Position numbers and translations under genes: made by a program
The notes under the pieces: generated by a model
What the model was told of the DNA's origin: nothing
The model's database searches: none
What the model saw: the letters and a program-made list of their open reading frames with translations, nothing else
Source of the DNA: Rhizophagus irregularis
Taxonomy: Eukaryota
Reading direction: 5' to 3'
NCBI RefSeq assembly: GCF_026210795.1
Contig: NC_089431.1
Coordinates: forward strand, 4,774,001 to 4,838,000
DNA length: 64,000 nt
In this document: positions 1 to 12,950 of the stretch, one piece after another
Layout of the letters: every line of letters starts with the position of its first letter
How positions within the stretch are numbered: the stretch's first letter is position 1

Positions 1-950
1 AAATAAAAAACTTTTCAACCAACAATTCTCTAATGAAATTCTCAATCAAAAAAAATATCCCCGATTAAGAAAAATTTCTAACGAAAATCTTCCATCAAAA
101 AACACATTTTCCCTGTTAAAAAAAAATTCAAAGATTCTTACCTATTAAAAAAAATTCTCAAAAGAATTTCTATCAAAAAAAAAAAACTTCCCTCCTATTA
201 AAAAAACAAAATTCTACCTCTCCTCCGTTAAAAAAATTTACAAATGATCTATCAAAAAAAAATTCTATGATGAAATTTCTATCAAAAAAAAATTCTCAGC
301 GAAATTATTTATCTTCCTATTAAAGAAAAATTCTTTAATAAAATCCTCTATCAAAAATAATCCCCCTATCAAAAAAAAATTCTCTAATAAAATTCTTCGT
401 CAAAAATTACTTTCACCTATTAAAAAAATTCCCAAAAGAAATTCTTTATCAAGGAAAACTCCCTCCTATTAAAAAAAAAATTTTTAACGAAATTCTCTAT
501 CAAAAAAAAAAAATCTCATTTGTTAAAAAAATTTCCGACAAAATTATTTTTATCAAGAAAAATCTTTCCTATTAAAAAAATTCTCCAAAAGAATTTTCTA
601 CAAAAAAAAAAAATTCTCAATGAATTCTCCATCAAAAAAAATCCTGTTAAAAAAAATTGTTCCAACAAATTAGGTATATGTCCAAAAAAAAAATCTTATA
701 AAAAAAAAATTCTCCAATGAAATTTAAATTTTTTAACGAAATTATCAATTGAAAAAAAAAACTCGGAAATGTCCCTATCAATAAATATTCTCTAACAAAA
801 TTTTTTATCAAAAAAAAGTCTTTTTATTAAAAAAAAAATTCCAAAAGAATTTTATCAAAAAAAGCCTTTGCTTATGTTAAAATAAAAATTTCTCTACAAA
901 AATTGGTTTATAAAAAAAAGCCAATAAAATAAAAAAAAAATTCTTCGTGT
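1..950. repeat. Low-complexity degenerate tandem repeat (A-runs with ctatc/attctc units)
   Basis: Recurrent ctat(c/t)aaaaaaaattctc-like units throughout; probably the interior of a non-coding TE truncated by the window edge. Confidence 0.6.
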
Positions 951-1200
951 GCTAAACTTAAAAACAATGTGATTGACAAAATATCACCAAAGAAACTAAT
1001 TTTTGACAAGATAAAATTAAAATCAAATACAGTTGGACAAAAACATTAAGTACAAATAGATAAAACCTCAAGCATAAATACCAATCACGAACAGATCAGA
1101 TAAATATCAAGCGAAAACCAAGGTAAAATGTCAGTCACGGGGTGACATTTTGTCTATTGATTCGGCTTGCCATAAAAAAGTCACGTAGTAATGTAGTAAA

Positions 1201-1402
1201 TCATTTTCCGCAGCAGGCGCAGCAAATTTAACATTCAGCTAGCTTAATCCGCATTAGTCACATTTTTTTTTAAAGCAAAAATGACTAAAGATTATTAACT
1301 TAATTTTACCCGAATTATTATAATAAATAGTTAGTCAACATAGGCGCAGCAATGTCGAATTAGTAAGCGACTAAGCGCTGCGGTTAGTTCTGCGGCAAAT
1401 GA
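1201..1402. mobile_element. Possible small MITE remnant
   Basis: TCATTTTCCGCAG (1201) and CTGCGGCAAATGA (1390-1402) form a 12/13 inverted repeat; internal GCGCAGCAA repeats; no TSD seen. Confidence 0.3.
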
Positions 1403-1511
1403 CAAAAATTATGTAACGTACAATTTTTACAATCATTTGAAATCCCATAATTCTCACTTTTTTGAATTTTAATATAAAAAGGCATCGTAATGCCCCAAGC
1501 TTTTGGTCCTT

Positions 1512-1698
1512 ATCCTCTCTTGCCTATTGGCTAAGATCAAGTGTAGTATCTGTTCTTTTCAGTCTAATATCTGAAACGTTACACACTGTGTAACTTCGAT
1601 ATTAACGAATTTTTGCACTTGGGAAAGAGTCACTTGGCTTGCCAATACTCTTTCCATGAGTGTCCCTAGTATTGCACTACTTCTAGGCGACGCTCACA
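1512..1698 (+). ncRNA. U2: U2 spliceosomal snRNA
   Basis: 5' GCCTATTGGCTAAGATCAAGTGTAGTATCTGTTCTT containing the branch-point recognition GTAGTA; stem IIb GTTACACactGTGTAAC; Sm site AATTTTTG (about 1608-1615); stem III with CUUG loop; stem IV loop ATTGCAC. Confidence 0.97.
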
Positions 1699-2967
1699 TT
1701 TTTAAAATTATTAGCGGGTTGGGAAGTGTTTAAGAGTGATTTTTTATTTCTCAAAAAGAAAATATATTATTTCATTTGTAAGGAACAGTTTTTTTGAAAT
1801 TACTGGCTCAATTCTTTATATTAAAGATTTTTTTATTTTTATTAGTTATTTGCTGTTTATAAATGAATTTTACATTTAATTTAGAACGTTTCACAAGCTG
1901 ATTTACTATTAGACTAATGAACAATTTCTTGTGTTCATACAAATCATATGTTAGCGTAAGCATATCGTTATTTTAAAAAAAGTTTAGTTCGACCATATTT
2001 AACTTCACGTCCAATGAATACTCCATTCTTCTCAATTATTCAGCGTTCACAATTTTGATGCAAGTACGAATACAGTATTTATATAGAAGATATTAAAAAA
2101 ATTTATTAGGTCTAGTCCTGTTTTACATAAAAAGACTTAACGAAATAGATTATTTTCAAATAGCAAAATAACGCTCAAATCTTTCAGTTATATACACTGC
2201 GTCCAAAATGAATTAATGAAGGTAAAAAAATCTTTTGAACGGGAAAAATTTTTTAATTATAATTGCTTATAATAGTAAAACGGAACGGAATAAAACTTGG
2301 AAAATTTGAAATATATCCGATTATTTCAGCGTGAAGGATAAACTTATAGTATTAATTAATTATTGCATTTTATATTAAAACTTTAATTTTTATTTATATT
2401 TATCACAAGCCATAAGGAAATTGTAACATGAGTTATTCTTGCTGTAAACAAAAATTCAAATTCTTGATTTTCTCTTCTTTTTTTTTAAAAAAAAAACTTT
2501 CAAAATGCGCAAAAGCCAATCATATTTTTATTTAAATCACGTGATATAATTTTTACGTTTCAATTCAAATTTTTGAAGTTTTTAGTTATCAAATTTAAAA
2601 TTTTCTGTATTTAAATTGTGAGACTATTTATTTACTTAATCTAATTTTGCATAATTTGGATTCAGGCAATTATTTTTTTTAAAAAAAAATTTTTTAACTT
2701 ATATTTAACGTCATAATTTTCAGCCATCTATTAAAAATTAATTCAAAAGGCTTAAAACTTGGCAAATTTTTATTTTGAAAAGATATTAACTAATAGCTTA
2801 AAGTTTGGGCATAAACCACAAAAGGTTACCGGTTAATTATTTTTAAAAAATTTGTTTCCGTTACTATAAATTTTTAAAAAAAGTATAGCACTGTATAATA
2901 TAATAAATTTCATATACTTTATTTATTTTAACGATATAAAATCTTTACTATCGTAGAATATTTTATA

Positions 2968-4440
2968 TTAGTTTTTTATGATCTGAAACACTTCATAATC
3001 TTCTACAGAAAATGTATAGTCAGATACTCTGATATTTTTTTCATAAGATGCTTTTCTACAATAATTATAACCGTTACTACAAAAATTACTTTCATTTCTA
3101 AAGCCTCCATAACCTCCATATATTGTAAGATCTCCCGAACCAAATGATGGACCATAATTATCCCAATAACGTATAGCAAGATTTTCATCTTTAACTCGAC
3201 TTAAAATATGTTCGATATTTTTTTTATTCTTAAAAAAGAATATAAAACTTTTATTGGTAATTCCAAAACCCATATCGGATTTCCATTCAATTGGATTATA
3301 TCCTCCAAGAATCTCATCGCTATATTTCACTTTAAAAATTGACACGGTACCAGATTCATTATCACAAATTTCATGAAATTTATTAGGACTAAATCCATCG
3401 CGAGACCCACGAAAAATTAATTTGAAATCATATGAATTTTTTATCTCATCTGTAATTCTTAACTTATCAATCCATTTTGTGATTAATTCAACATGTTGAA
3501 TTGTAATTATTTTAGAATCAATAACCTTTCTATTTTTTTTATTTGGTCTATAATCACTATTCAAAAATAATTTTAATAAGTCTATATATAACTCGTTTGG
3601 TAGAATTTTTCTATAAGGAAATACATTATACAAAAATTCTCTTGAGGTGAATCCCATAAAAGGAATGATTTTTTGCAAAGTATTTTTTAAAGTATTAAAA
3701 TCATCATTTGAATAACTCGAAGAATCTGAAGAAAGTCCAGGATTTGTGCAATGCACTTGCTCCCAAATTTGAACGTCACTCGTTTTAAGATTACTATCCT
3801 GAATGATTGATATCAAAAGTTTTTCTGACATTGAAGAGAAATTTACAGAGTTGAATAATTTATCTGGATTTTTGGAAGTTAAATTTATACAAAATTTTTG
3901 AAGACCAAAGAAAGAATCATTTTCAAAGCTCGTTTGATATATTAAATTAAAATTTTGTTCCATCCAATTTGTTCCATTTTTAATCAAAAAAGATTGTAAA
4001 TGAGGAATTAATTCCTGAAGACTTAGTTCACTTGCAGCGACCAAAATTTTAATGATATCTGAAATATCATAATCATCCAATGAAAGTCTTCCACCATAAA
4101 TATAACTAATATAAAAAGAAAAATTTTTCTTAAAATTAAAAATAAAAATTTTGAAAATAAATTACTTATTCAATTTAATTCTTTATTTTACCTTAAGATT
4201 ATTTGAAAAATTTCTGGTAAAATATTTGATAATTTAATATTTACCAATGTTCCGTCATTTTCCTTTTTATTTGTTGATAAAATTCTTCGCAAATAAGGAG
4301 AACGATAATTTAAGATGACCATATGAGCACGAAACACTTTTACATGAGGCTCATTATTGTTACATCATAACAATTATCGTCATCATCTAAATTTCGAGTA
4401 AATTTTGTGATAATTTTGGTAAAAATTTATTATCGTCCAT
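2968..4440 (-). pseudogene. BTB-BACK-TLDc paralog, probably a pseudogene (exon 1 4440-4192, exon 2 4105-2968)
   Basis: Exon 2 is open and homologous to the neighbours (GSRDGF, ILGGYNP, GPSFG, YEVFQ). Exon 1 has a 1-nt deletion giving ATT TAG at codon 18 and about 10 nt lost from the IEVG segment. The LKWGIAQ segment of exon 2 is also altered. Confidence 0.8.
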
Positions 4441-6984
4441 ATATAATTTTCTTGTAAAAAAAAAAATATTTCTAATTTATTAATGGTCAGTTTTAATAAA
4501 CTTTTGTTTTTTTTAACATATGAAACAATAAGATGTATAAAGCCGTCAATAAGAGCGCAAATTTATACGAACGAGGAAAACTTTGTCGCACAGCTTTCTT
4601 TGTGTGCCAGGTTAGTGGCGCAGCAGTGACAAAATAACAGGCGACAAATGTCGCCTAAGTATGGACCACTCAAAAAAAACCAAGTCGCTGAAACAACGAT
4701 CTCGATAATCACGTGATGTGACAATTAAATATTTATTACGGTGAATGATCAATAAAAGGCGTATTTGTTTCAAATTTCACGTGTATGTTATGTAAGAGAT
4801 GTACATATTGACTATATATTACAAGTTACAATTAGTTACAAAGTCTAATAAAATTATACTAGTACGTACGAAAATTTGAAATATTTTCGTACAACTTTAA
4901 ATTTGTACAACTTCGAATTTTTGTACCAAACATCACCCTTAAGGTAATTAGCTTTTATAGGGCTACTCAACTTGAATTATCAATTGTTCATTTGTCATTT
5001 GATTAGTCGAATTGGCAGAAGTCATGAGGAGTTATTTTTGAAGACTTTATAAAAACAGTAAAGGAAGTCGAAACAAAAATCCAAATTGAATATTAATTTG
5101 CTAACTATGTTGGGATTATTTAAGGGAGGAGAAAACCAAATTATGAAGAATGAAAAAATTGTATTACCAAATCCTCCAATCTAGCGCAACTCCAAGAAAG
5201 AAAAGAGAAAATATTAAACCAAATTAAACTTTTCCGACAAAGCGATCTGGAAAATAATTTTTTCGGTCAAAAAGGCTATAGAGTCTATAGTATATTATTC
5301 ATTCTTGCAAATTTGATCGCAACATCGCATGATGTTACGATGTAAAATTATTTGTACAGAAAAATCAAAATTTAAAGATCTGCCTGAAAAATTGAAATAT
5401 TTTTTTTGAGCGTCCGTACTAATTTGTATTACCGTACTGTACTAATTTAATCATTATTGTTAATAAACAAATAGTAATTTAATCTAATATTGTTACTAAT
5501 CAAATAATAAAATTTTGGCAATTCGATTCATCATATTAATAATATATAACTCTTCATTAATTTCGCTTAATGAAATACGAGACGCAAAATAAAAAACAGG
5601 TTAAATCTCACAAATTTAATAGGTGCAAATGTTTAAATTTTTTTTTTTTTTACTTTCTAAAACTAAATATTATGTGATCCTACCAAGGCATGTGATGTTA
5701 TTTGAACAAAATTGACAAGTCAGTTTTATCTGAAATCGAAATGAAATTATTTCACGTGATTATACAAAATTAACCTTGGTTTTACTTAGGTTATTTTTAT
5801 TTAAATTTGGATATTGTAAAATGACTTAAATGAAAAATGACTTTAACGACTAGGATTTGAAAGGTCATTTCAAAAGTCAAATGACATTTATATTTTAAAT
5901 AGATGAAATCATTTTTTTATTTTAGTAGCATGCGGATTTTAAAAATACATATTATTTAAATTTTTTTTTTTTTTTTTAGAAATAATATGATGTACATTTT
6001 ATTTATTTACGTTGAGCAATAAATACAAACTATTAAAAAATAATTCGTGCAGAAAGTCAAAATATTCCAATTCGCTATACTGATTTGTCATATTACTGGT
6101 CTTCATCATGTGGTCAATAAATAAATTATTTATGTTATTGTTACCTAACAGTGGTAGTAATATTATAATCTTTTATTATTTTTTGTAAAATCCTGAATAT
6201 AACGCGTGATATTACAGCAGTACAAATATGGTTTTCATAAACGACACATACGCCGATATTAACCTTGACTTTTTTTGGATAATATCCTTGAATAAATTAG
6301 TAGGGATTAATAAAAAATTCACGCTTTTAAGTCCAATCTACAAATCGAATTTTCATTTTTCGGTTGAGTTAAAAAACCATAATCATGTTATAATTTTTGG
6401 TTTAACATTAAACTAAACGTATTACTTATTAACCAGTATATGTGATATTTGTAGTATTATTTCTAATCTTGCATGTGTATAATTTTACAGCTTACCAAAA
6501 CCAGTGACTTATTTTGAGACAAGTATTTTTACTTTTAATTTGGATTTTGTGGGAAAATATACCATAGTATGTTTACCTGTTCATTATTAATTTATTATTA
6601 TAGTTCCGTAAATGATGAAAATACATACAATAGTGATAATATTACTAAAAATTGATTAATCCTTGAAATATTTTCGTTAACTAATACGCGGTTTTAAAAA
6701 GATTTTTCTTATATGATTATTTATTCAATGATTTTTCCTTAAAATAGGACGATCATTTCATTGCATGCGCCATGCGGTATCACGTAAGACCATAGAATTC
6801 TTTGCAATGTTATATAGAATTCTCGAAAACATTTCTTATAAAATTTTATCTCCATTAAAGACTTCTAGAAATTATGTATAGAATTCGAGAAAAGAATTTC
6901 TCGTTTAATTATTAATTTAAAAGCACATATAATAGACTGAAGTTTTCCTTGAATCAAATTAAATTAATTTTTTTAAAAAAAAAT

Positions 6985-9342
6985 ATGGAACAACCAATTA
7001 ACCATAAACATAAAATTGACATTTTATTATCAAACAATACAGTTTTAATTCAACCAGCAAAAACCAGCAGTGTTAAATCAAAATACAAAAAAAAGAAATG
7101 TAACGAATGCAATAAAAGAAGAAAACCTTTAGATGAAAGTCACCAGATATGCCATGTTTGTTACAAAATAAAGAAGGTATATAAGTACGGTCCCAGCGGG
7201 AACAATACTATTGATGACTTTATTAGGAATACGCAAGTCAATCTTGTTAAAAAAAATGGTAAAATGGAGTTTGTTCCTTATGATCAATTCAAAAATATAG
7301 AATTTATTGCTGAAGGAGGTTTTAGTAAAATATATAAGGCTACTTGGATTGATGGCCCAGTTATTAATTATAGCAACACAAGAAATATTCGTCAAGAAAA
7401 TTACACAGTCGTTCTCAAAAAGCTCAATAATTCTAATAACATCACATCTAAGGAGCTGAACGAGGTATATAGTATACGTATTACTTATCTCCTGGCTAAT
7501 TAGGAATAAGTAAAATTTTACTAGGATTGGATAAATGATCGGCCGAAGGCCGATCATGTTCCGATTCTAAGTAAAATTTTACTATTCCAATTAGCCAGGA
7601 GATAATTGATTTATCCCCTGCCATTTACACAATAGTAAGTGTTTTATAGTATATTGTGAGTATAATATAGTATATTTTATTGTTGAATTTACGCTTGGTT
7701 TTGTTTCATTTTAAAAATTTTAAAATAAAAAAATAAATTTTAAAAAGTTTCGGAACCATTACTATTACACTTGAAAAATAGTATTGAGATTACAAATAAA
7801 TTAAAAGAAAGTTTTTCTCATTTAGAAAATGCAAATCTTTCCGAATTACTCAAATTTTCGAATCAGTCCATTATAGTATAATCAATAATTAATTTTTACC
7901 GCAAAATTTCCTAGAAACGGATAAATAAATACATATAAAATTGGCTACCAAGTAGGTATAACTACATTTGCATAAACGTGTAAATGGTGCCGATCAGGGG
8001 ATAATAGTAATTTAATAAATATCATCATGGATAAGATAAATAATTAATAATTTTCTTCATTTTAGCTCAAAATATTTTATGAACTTTTTTCAAATTTTAA
8101 ATGTACTAATAGAAATAATTATGTTGCCAAATATTTTGGAATTACTCAAGATCCTAATTCTCAAGATATCATGATTATCATGCCATATTATGATTCAGGT
8201 GATTTGATTAATTATATCACTAAAGATTTTTATAATACTAGCTGGAATACAAAGCTAAATAAATTAGGTGATATAGCACGTGGACTTCTCCAAATACATG
8301 AATTAAATGTTGTCCACAGGGATTTTCATAGTGGAAATATCTTTTTTCATAATATAAACCGATACTTAACATATCTTATTCCTTTTGTTAATAGTGTAAC
8401 AATAGGTGATCTTGGCATAAGTAAATCTGCAACTGAATCTGGAGATGATGATAATAATGAGAATTATGGAATTATTCCTTATATGGCTCCAGAGGTGCTT
8501 CAAGGACGAAAATATACTAGAGCTTCAGATATATATAGTTTTGGCATGATCATGTGGGAGTTAATGACAGGTAGAAGACCTTTTTGGGATCAAAATCATG
8601 ATACAGAACTTATTATTGAAATTTGTGACGGTTTACGACCACCAATTGTCACAAATGCACCTGAAGGCTATATTGAATTAATGGAAGAATGCTGGCACTC
8701 TGATCCAGATAAAAGGCCACAGATTACTAATATAAAAGAAAGAATTAATGAAATTCATGGAAAGGAATCAGAAATTTACTTGAAAAATCCAACTAAAATT
8801 ATTGAATCATCAGATATTGGACCTGTAACAAAAAATAATCCAGGTGCCATTTATAGGAGCAGACCTTTAAGTGCCATGATTAATTCTGCAATGTCCCTAA
8901 GGAGTTTAAGAAGTCAATTTATTTATTCAGAAGTCAAAAGAAAGTTTGAAGATGATTTAATTGAAGATGATGATGATGGTATGATATTTAAAAAATTGCA
9001 AGTAAAATTTAATTGATAAACTTCAGTTAAAATCATTATTTATTAATTAAAAATATATTTAGGACTAAATGTTAAAAGAAATAAGTTATATGAAGATGAA
9101 GGTAATTGCATTTTTCAACAAAATATCAATATCATAATTTAATTCAATAATATTGATATTGTATATTTTCTTTAGATTATCTTACAAAAGAAATCGAATT
9201 AGATATTGATACAAATTATAATAATAATGGTATGTAAATATATTTTTATATATAAATGGTAATTTTAAGTTTATATTATAAACCTAATTTCTTTAATTTA
9301 AATGTAGAATATATTACCAAGGAAATTAATTTCGATATTTAA
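6985..9342 (+). CDS. TKL-like protein kinase with N-terminal Cys cluster; exons about 6985-7464, 8066-8978 and three 3' micro-exons ending at TAA 9342
   Basis: AEGGFSKIY, VVLK, HRDFHSGN, DLG and APE motifs; GT-AG intron 7465-8065 joins exons 1 and 2 in frame; CxxC...CxxC at the N-terminus. Micro-exon boundaries are less certain. Confidence 0.88.
7481..8010. mobile_element. About 530-bp palindromic insertion in kinase intron 1
   Basis: 120-bp hairpin 7485-7605 centred on ATGATCGGCC-GAA-GGCCGATCAT; a second inverted pair at 7611-7630 and 7978-8004; removing it leaves an intron of about 71 nt. Confidence 0.7.
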
Positions 9343-9785
9343 TACTTTAAATAATCGAAATTTATAGAAAATTATTTGTTAGATTATTACAGTAATAATC
9401 AGTTATACTATACAATATATATGAATTCATTCTTGTATTCTTTTTTATATCACTCTCAATTGTAGTCAATCTTATTTAAATAGATTCTGTTTTTTGAAAT
9501 ACATTATTTTATTGTGATTTTAAATTTTTGTTTATAATCATTCATTCAAAAATGAAATTACATTTTTTCAAACAATAAGTTTATAAGTTTAAATAAAAGT
9601 AAACAAACATCAGCTTGTTTATATAATTGTGACACTATATAACGTAATACCTGCTGTAAAAAAAAATTTAATCAAATATCTAATATTTGACATATTTTCT
9701 AAAAAATAAACTTTGAAACCATTATATCTTTCATAAACAAAAAATTTCTACCGTTGGCAATAAAAAGAAAAATACCATAAATATT

Positions 9786-11360
9786 TTAAATTAATTTTTC
9801 CATAATTTGAAATACTTCATATTCTTCAACAGAAAATAAATCCTCAGTTTTCCTGATATTTTTCTCATAAGAATAATTTTTACAATAATTACCATTATGT
9901 CTAAAACTATTTCCACCATATATATTTATACTAAGGTCTCCATGACCAAATGATGGACCATAAAGATCCCAATAATTTATAGCAAGATTTTCATCTTTAA
10001 CCCGACTTAAAATATGTTCGATATTTTCTTTATTCTTAAAAGAGAATATAAAACTATCATTGGTAATACCATAACTATTACCAGATTTCCATTCAATCGG
10101 ATTATATCCTCCAAGAATTTCATTACTACCTTTCACTTTAATAATTGTTACAGTACGAAATTGATTATCACAAATTTTATGAAACTCTTTAGGAGTAAAT
10201 CCATCATGAGATCCACGAAGAATTAATTTGAATTCATATAAATTCTTTGCCTCATCTGCAATCTCTGACTTATCGATCCATTTTGAGATTAATTTAGCAT
10301 GTTGGATTGTAATGATTTTTGAATCAATGTCTTCACTAATAGTTGTTTCTTTAATTATCTTTGGTTCTAACTTGTCGCTTTTTGAATCAATGCTTTCACT
10401 AATAGTAGTTTCTTTGATTATCTTTGGTTCTAACTTGTCACTTGGGTTATAATCATTATCCAAAAAGCATTCAATTAAACTTTTATACAATTGTTTAGGT
10501 ATAATCTTTTTATATGGATATACTTTGTTTAAAAATTCTTTTGAAGTAAATTTAATGAATTTAATAAGGGGAATACATTGCTGTAAATTATTCTTTAAAT
10601 TATTGAAATCATCCTCTGAATAGCTTGAAGAATCTGACGAAAGTTCAGGATTCTGAGCGATGCCCCATTTTAGAACGTGTTCCCAAATTTGAACTTCACT
10701 TATTTGAAGATTATCATTTTGAATAAGAGAGATCAAAATTTTTTCTGAAATTGAAGTAAAATCAGGTGAATTAAAAATTTTTCCTGGTTGCTTAGAAATT
10801 AATTCTGTACAATATTTTTGAAGATCTGATAAAGAATCATTTTCAAAACTAATTTGATATATTAAATTAAAATTTTGTTCCATCCAATTTGCTTTGTTTT
10901 TAATTAAAAAGGATTGTAAATGAGGAATTAATTCTTGAAGACTTAGTTCACTTGCAGTGACCAAAATTTTAATGATATCCGAAGTATCAAATTCCTCTAA
11001 TGAAAGACTTCCTCCATAAATATACCTAAAACAAAAATATTTTGTAAATTACTAGGAATAAATTTATAAAATAATAATTTAATATTTAATTATTACTACT
11101 TACTTAAGAATTATTTGAAAAATTTCTGGTTTAATATTAGACAATTTAATATTTACCAATGTTCCATCATTTTTCTTTTTATTTGTTGATAAAATTCTTC
11201 GTAAATAAGGAGAACGATAACTTAAGATAACCATATGAGCACGGAATACTTTTACGTAAGGGTCACTACCAACTTCAATTGTAATGTCATAATATTCATT
11301 GTCATCCAAAATTTCAAGTAAATTTTGTGATAATTTTGGTAAAAATTTATTTTCAGCCAT
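9786..11360 (-). CDS. BTB-BACK-TLDc domain protein (exon 1 11360-11104, exon 2 11025-9786)
   Basis: BTB motif DITIEVG...FRAHMVIL..RSPY, BACK helices and TLDc motifs; GT-AG intron in frame; start at MAENKFLPK. Confidence 0.9.
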
Positions 11361-12950
11361 AATAATCACAATGAGTATGAATTTTTTTTTTAATTTTTTT
11401 TTTAAAAAAAAAAAATTTATTCTAAGCCCCTGAACTTTATACTTTATAGAGTAACACAATTCAAAATTAACGTTTGTAGATCATTGAAAGTGACGTCAGA
11501 GATTTTTTTGACAATAAATTTAGGCCATTGTTATTTATACCCCAATTTTGCCTCACGGCCAGAATTAAGGAAAATTTGGCCAAGCTATATCACGTGTTAG
11601 TGCATAATGTTGGCCAGAGGGGGGTACGAATAACTATCGCTTAAATTTAATCAATAAACCTGATGATAATAAATTTGCTTAAACGATGGCCTCAAATTAA
11701 CTTGCACAATGGACAGGAAAGGTCGAGTGCACTTTTTTGGAGACTCCGACTTTTTATGTGGTATGTTAAGTATAATCTAAACCAATACTTTAATTAAATT
11801 ATTACAACATTTGTAAAAAGCAAAGAATCGATCAATTATGAAATCTGAGACCAGTAGAACCAACCGGGTCCCGAATCGCCTACTCCCAGCCGCTAACATA
11901 ATCCAATTTTCGGTATTCCACAACTACACAACTACAACATTTCCTCATCATTGATTCTGAAATGGGTCAATAATAATTTTTTTCCTAAATTTTGTTTAAT
12001 CTTATTTATTAATATATTTACCGAATAAATTATCATTATAACTATGATTTTATAAATAGAATATTTTTAACTACAGAGAAGTGATTTATTCATATATTCA
12101 TTTATAAAAAAGAAATAAAAAAATTTTAAATGCAATTTATTATTATTTTTTGTTTTAAAAAAAAAAAGGATATAAATTAACAAGTTTATATTCTATTTTC
12201 TAGTAGAATAATTTATAATAATTAAATGAATTGTTCTACGATTTTTTTTAATCTAGGATATCTCTTTCAATCTGATCAGTAATTTTCGTATAGGATCTTA
12301 CTAAGATTTACAGTATTGCATATTTGCATGGTTACCGCTACAAATATATTCGATGTAAAGTCTTAAATGCATGTAATGTATATTTTCAGTTTTAATATGA
12401 ATATAACATGAATATAACATTAGTAATTCATATTTAACTTATTGAAATAATTTTATGAATTAAAACTGTATTATAATTTTTATATTAATTAAATTCTTTA
12501 ATTCTAACTTCTAAAGGCTTTAACTGAACTTAAATAAAAAAATTATAAAAAGTATCATTATAAAATTATTTCAAATTGTAATCCGATTCTTTTACACCCA
12601 CTCTAAAATTTCTGGAGGATATAATCAAGTTGATAGTTTTGTTAACCCAGTCAGAATATTTGTAAGATTTATTTTAAGTATTTTTGTTTTAACAAAATTA
12701 AACTCGAAGTTAGCGATAATTAAAAATAAACAAATAGTGAAATTTATTTACTTTACAATATCCATTAAATAAATACTGTATTACAAGACTATTACAAGTA
12801 TTAAAAAAAAACTATAATATTAAATGTTAAATTGTAGTTTAATTAATTTCGATTAAGAATTCAAAATTAATCGCTTTGGCACTTCCTGTTAAAAATAGTG
12901 GTAAATAAACAACGAAAGTAAAATAAAGAAATCATAGACTCTCTCAAACA

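Noticed and set aside
520..720. Lys-rich ORF (similarly 21081, 27728, 51270)
   Set aside because: Translation of A-run low-complexity DNA.
10014..10452. Recurring antisense ORFs in TLDc genes (also 13176, 59071)
   Set aside because: Similar only because the sense genes are paralogs; lengths and starts vary.
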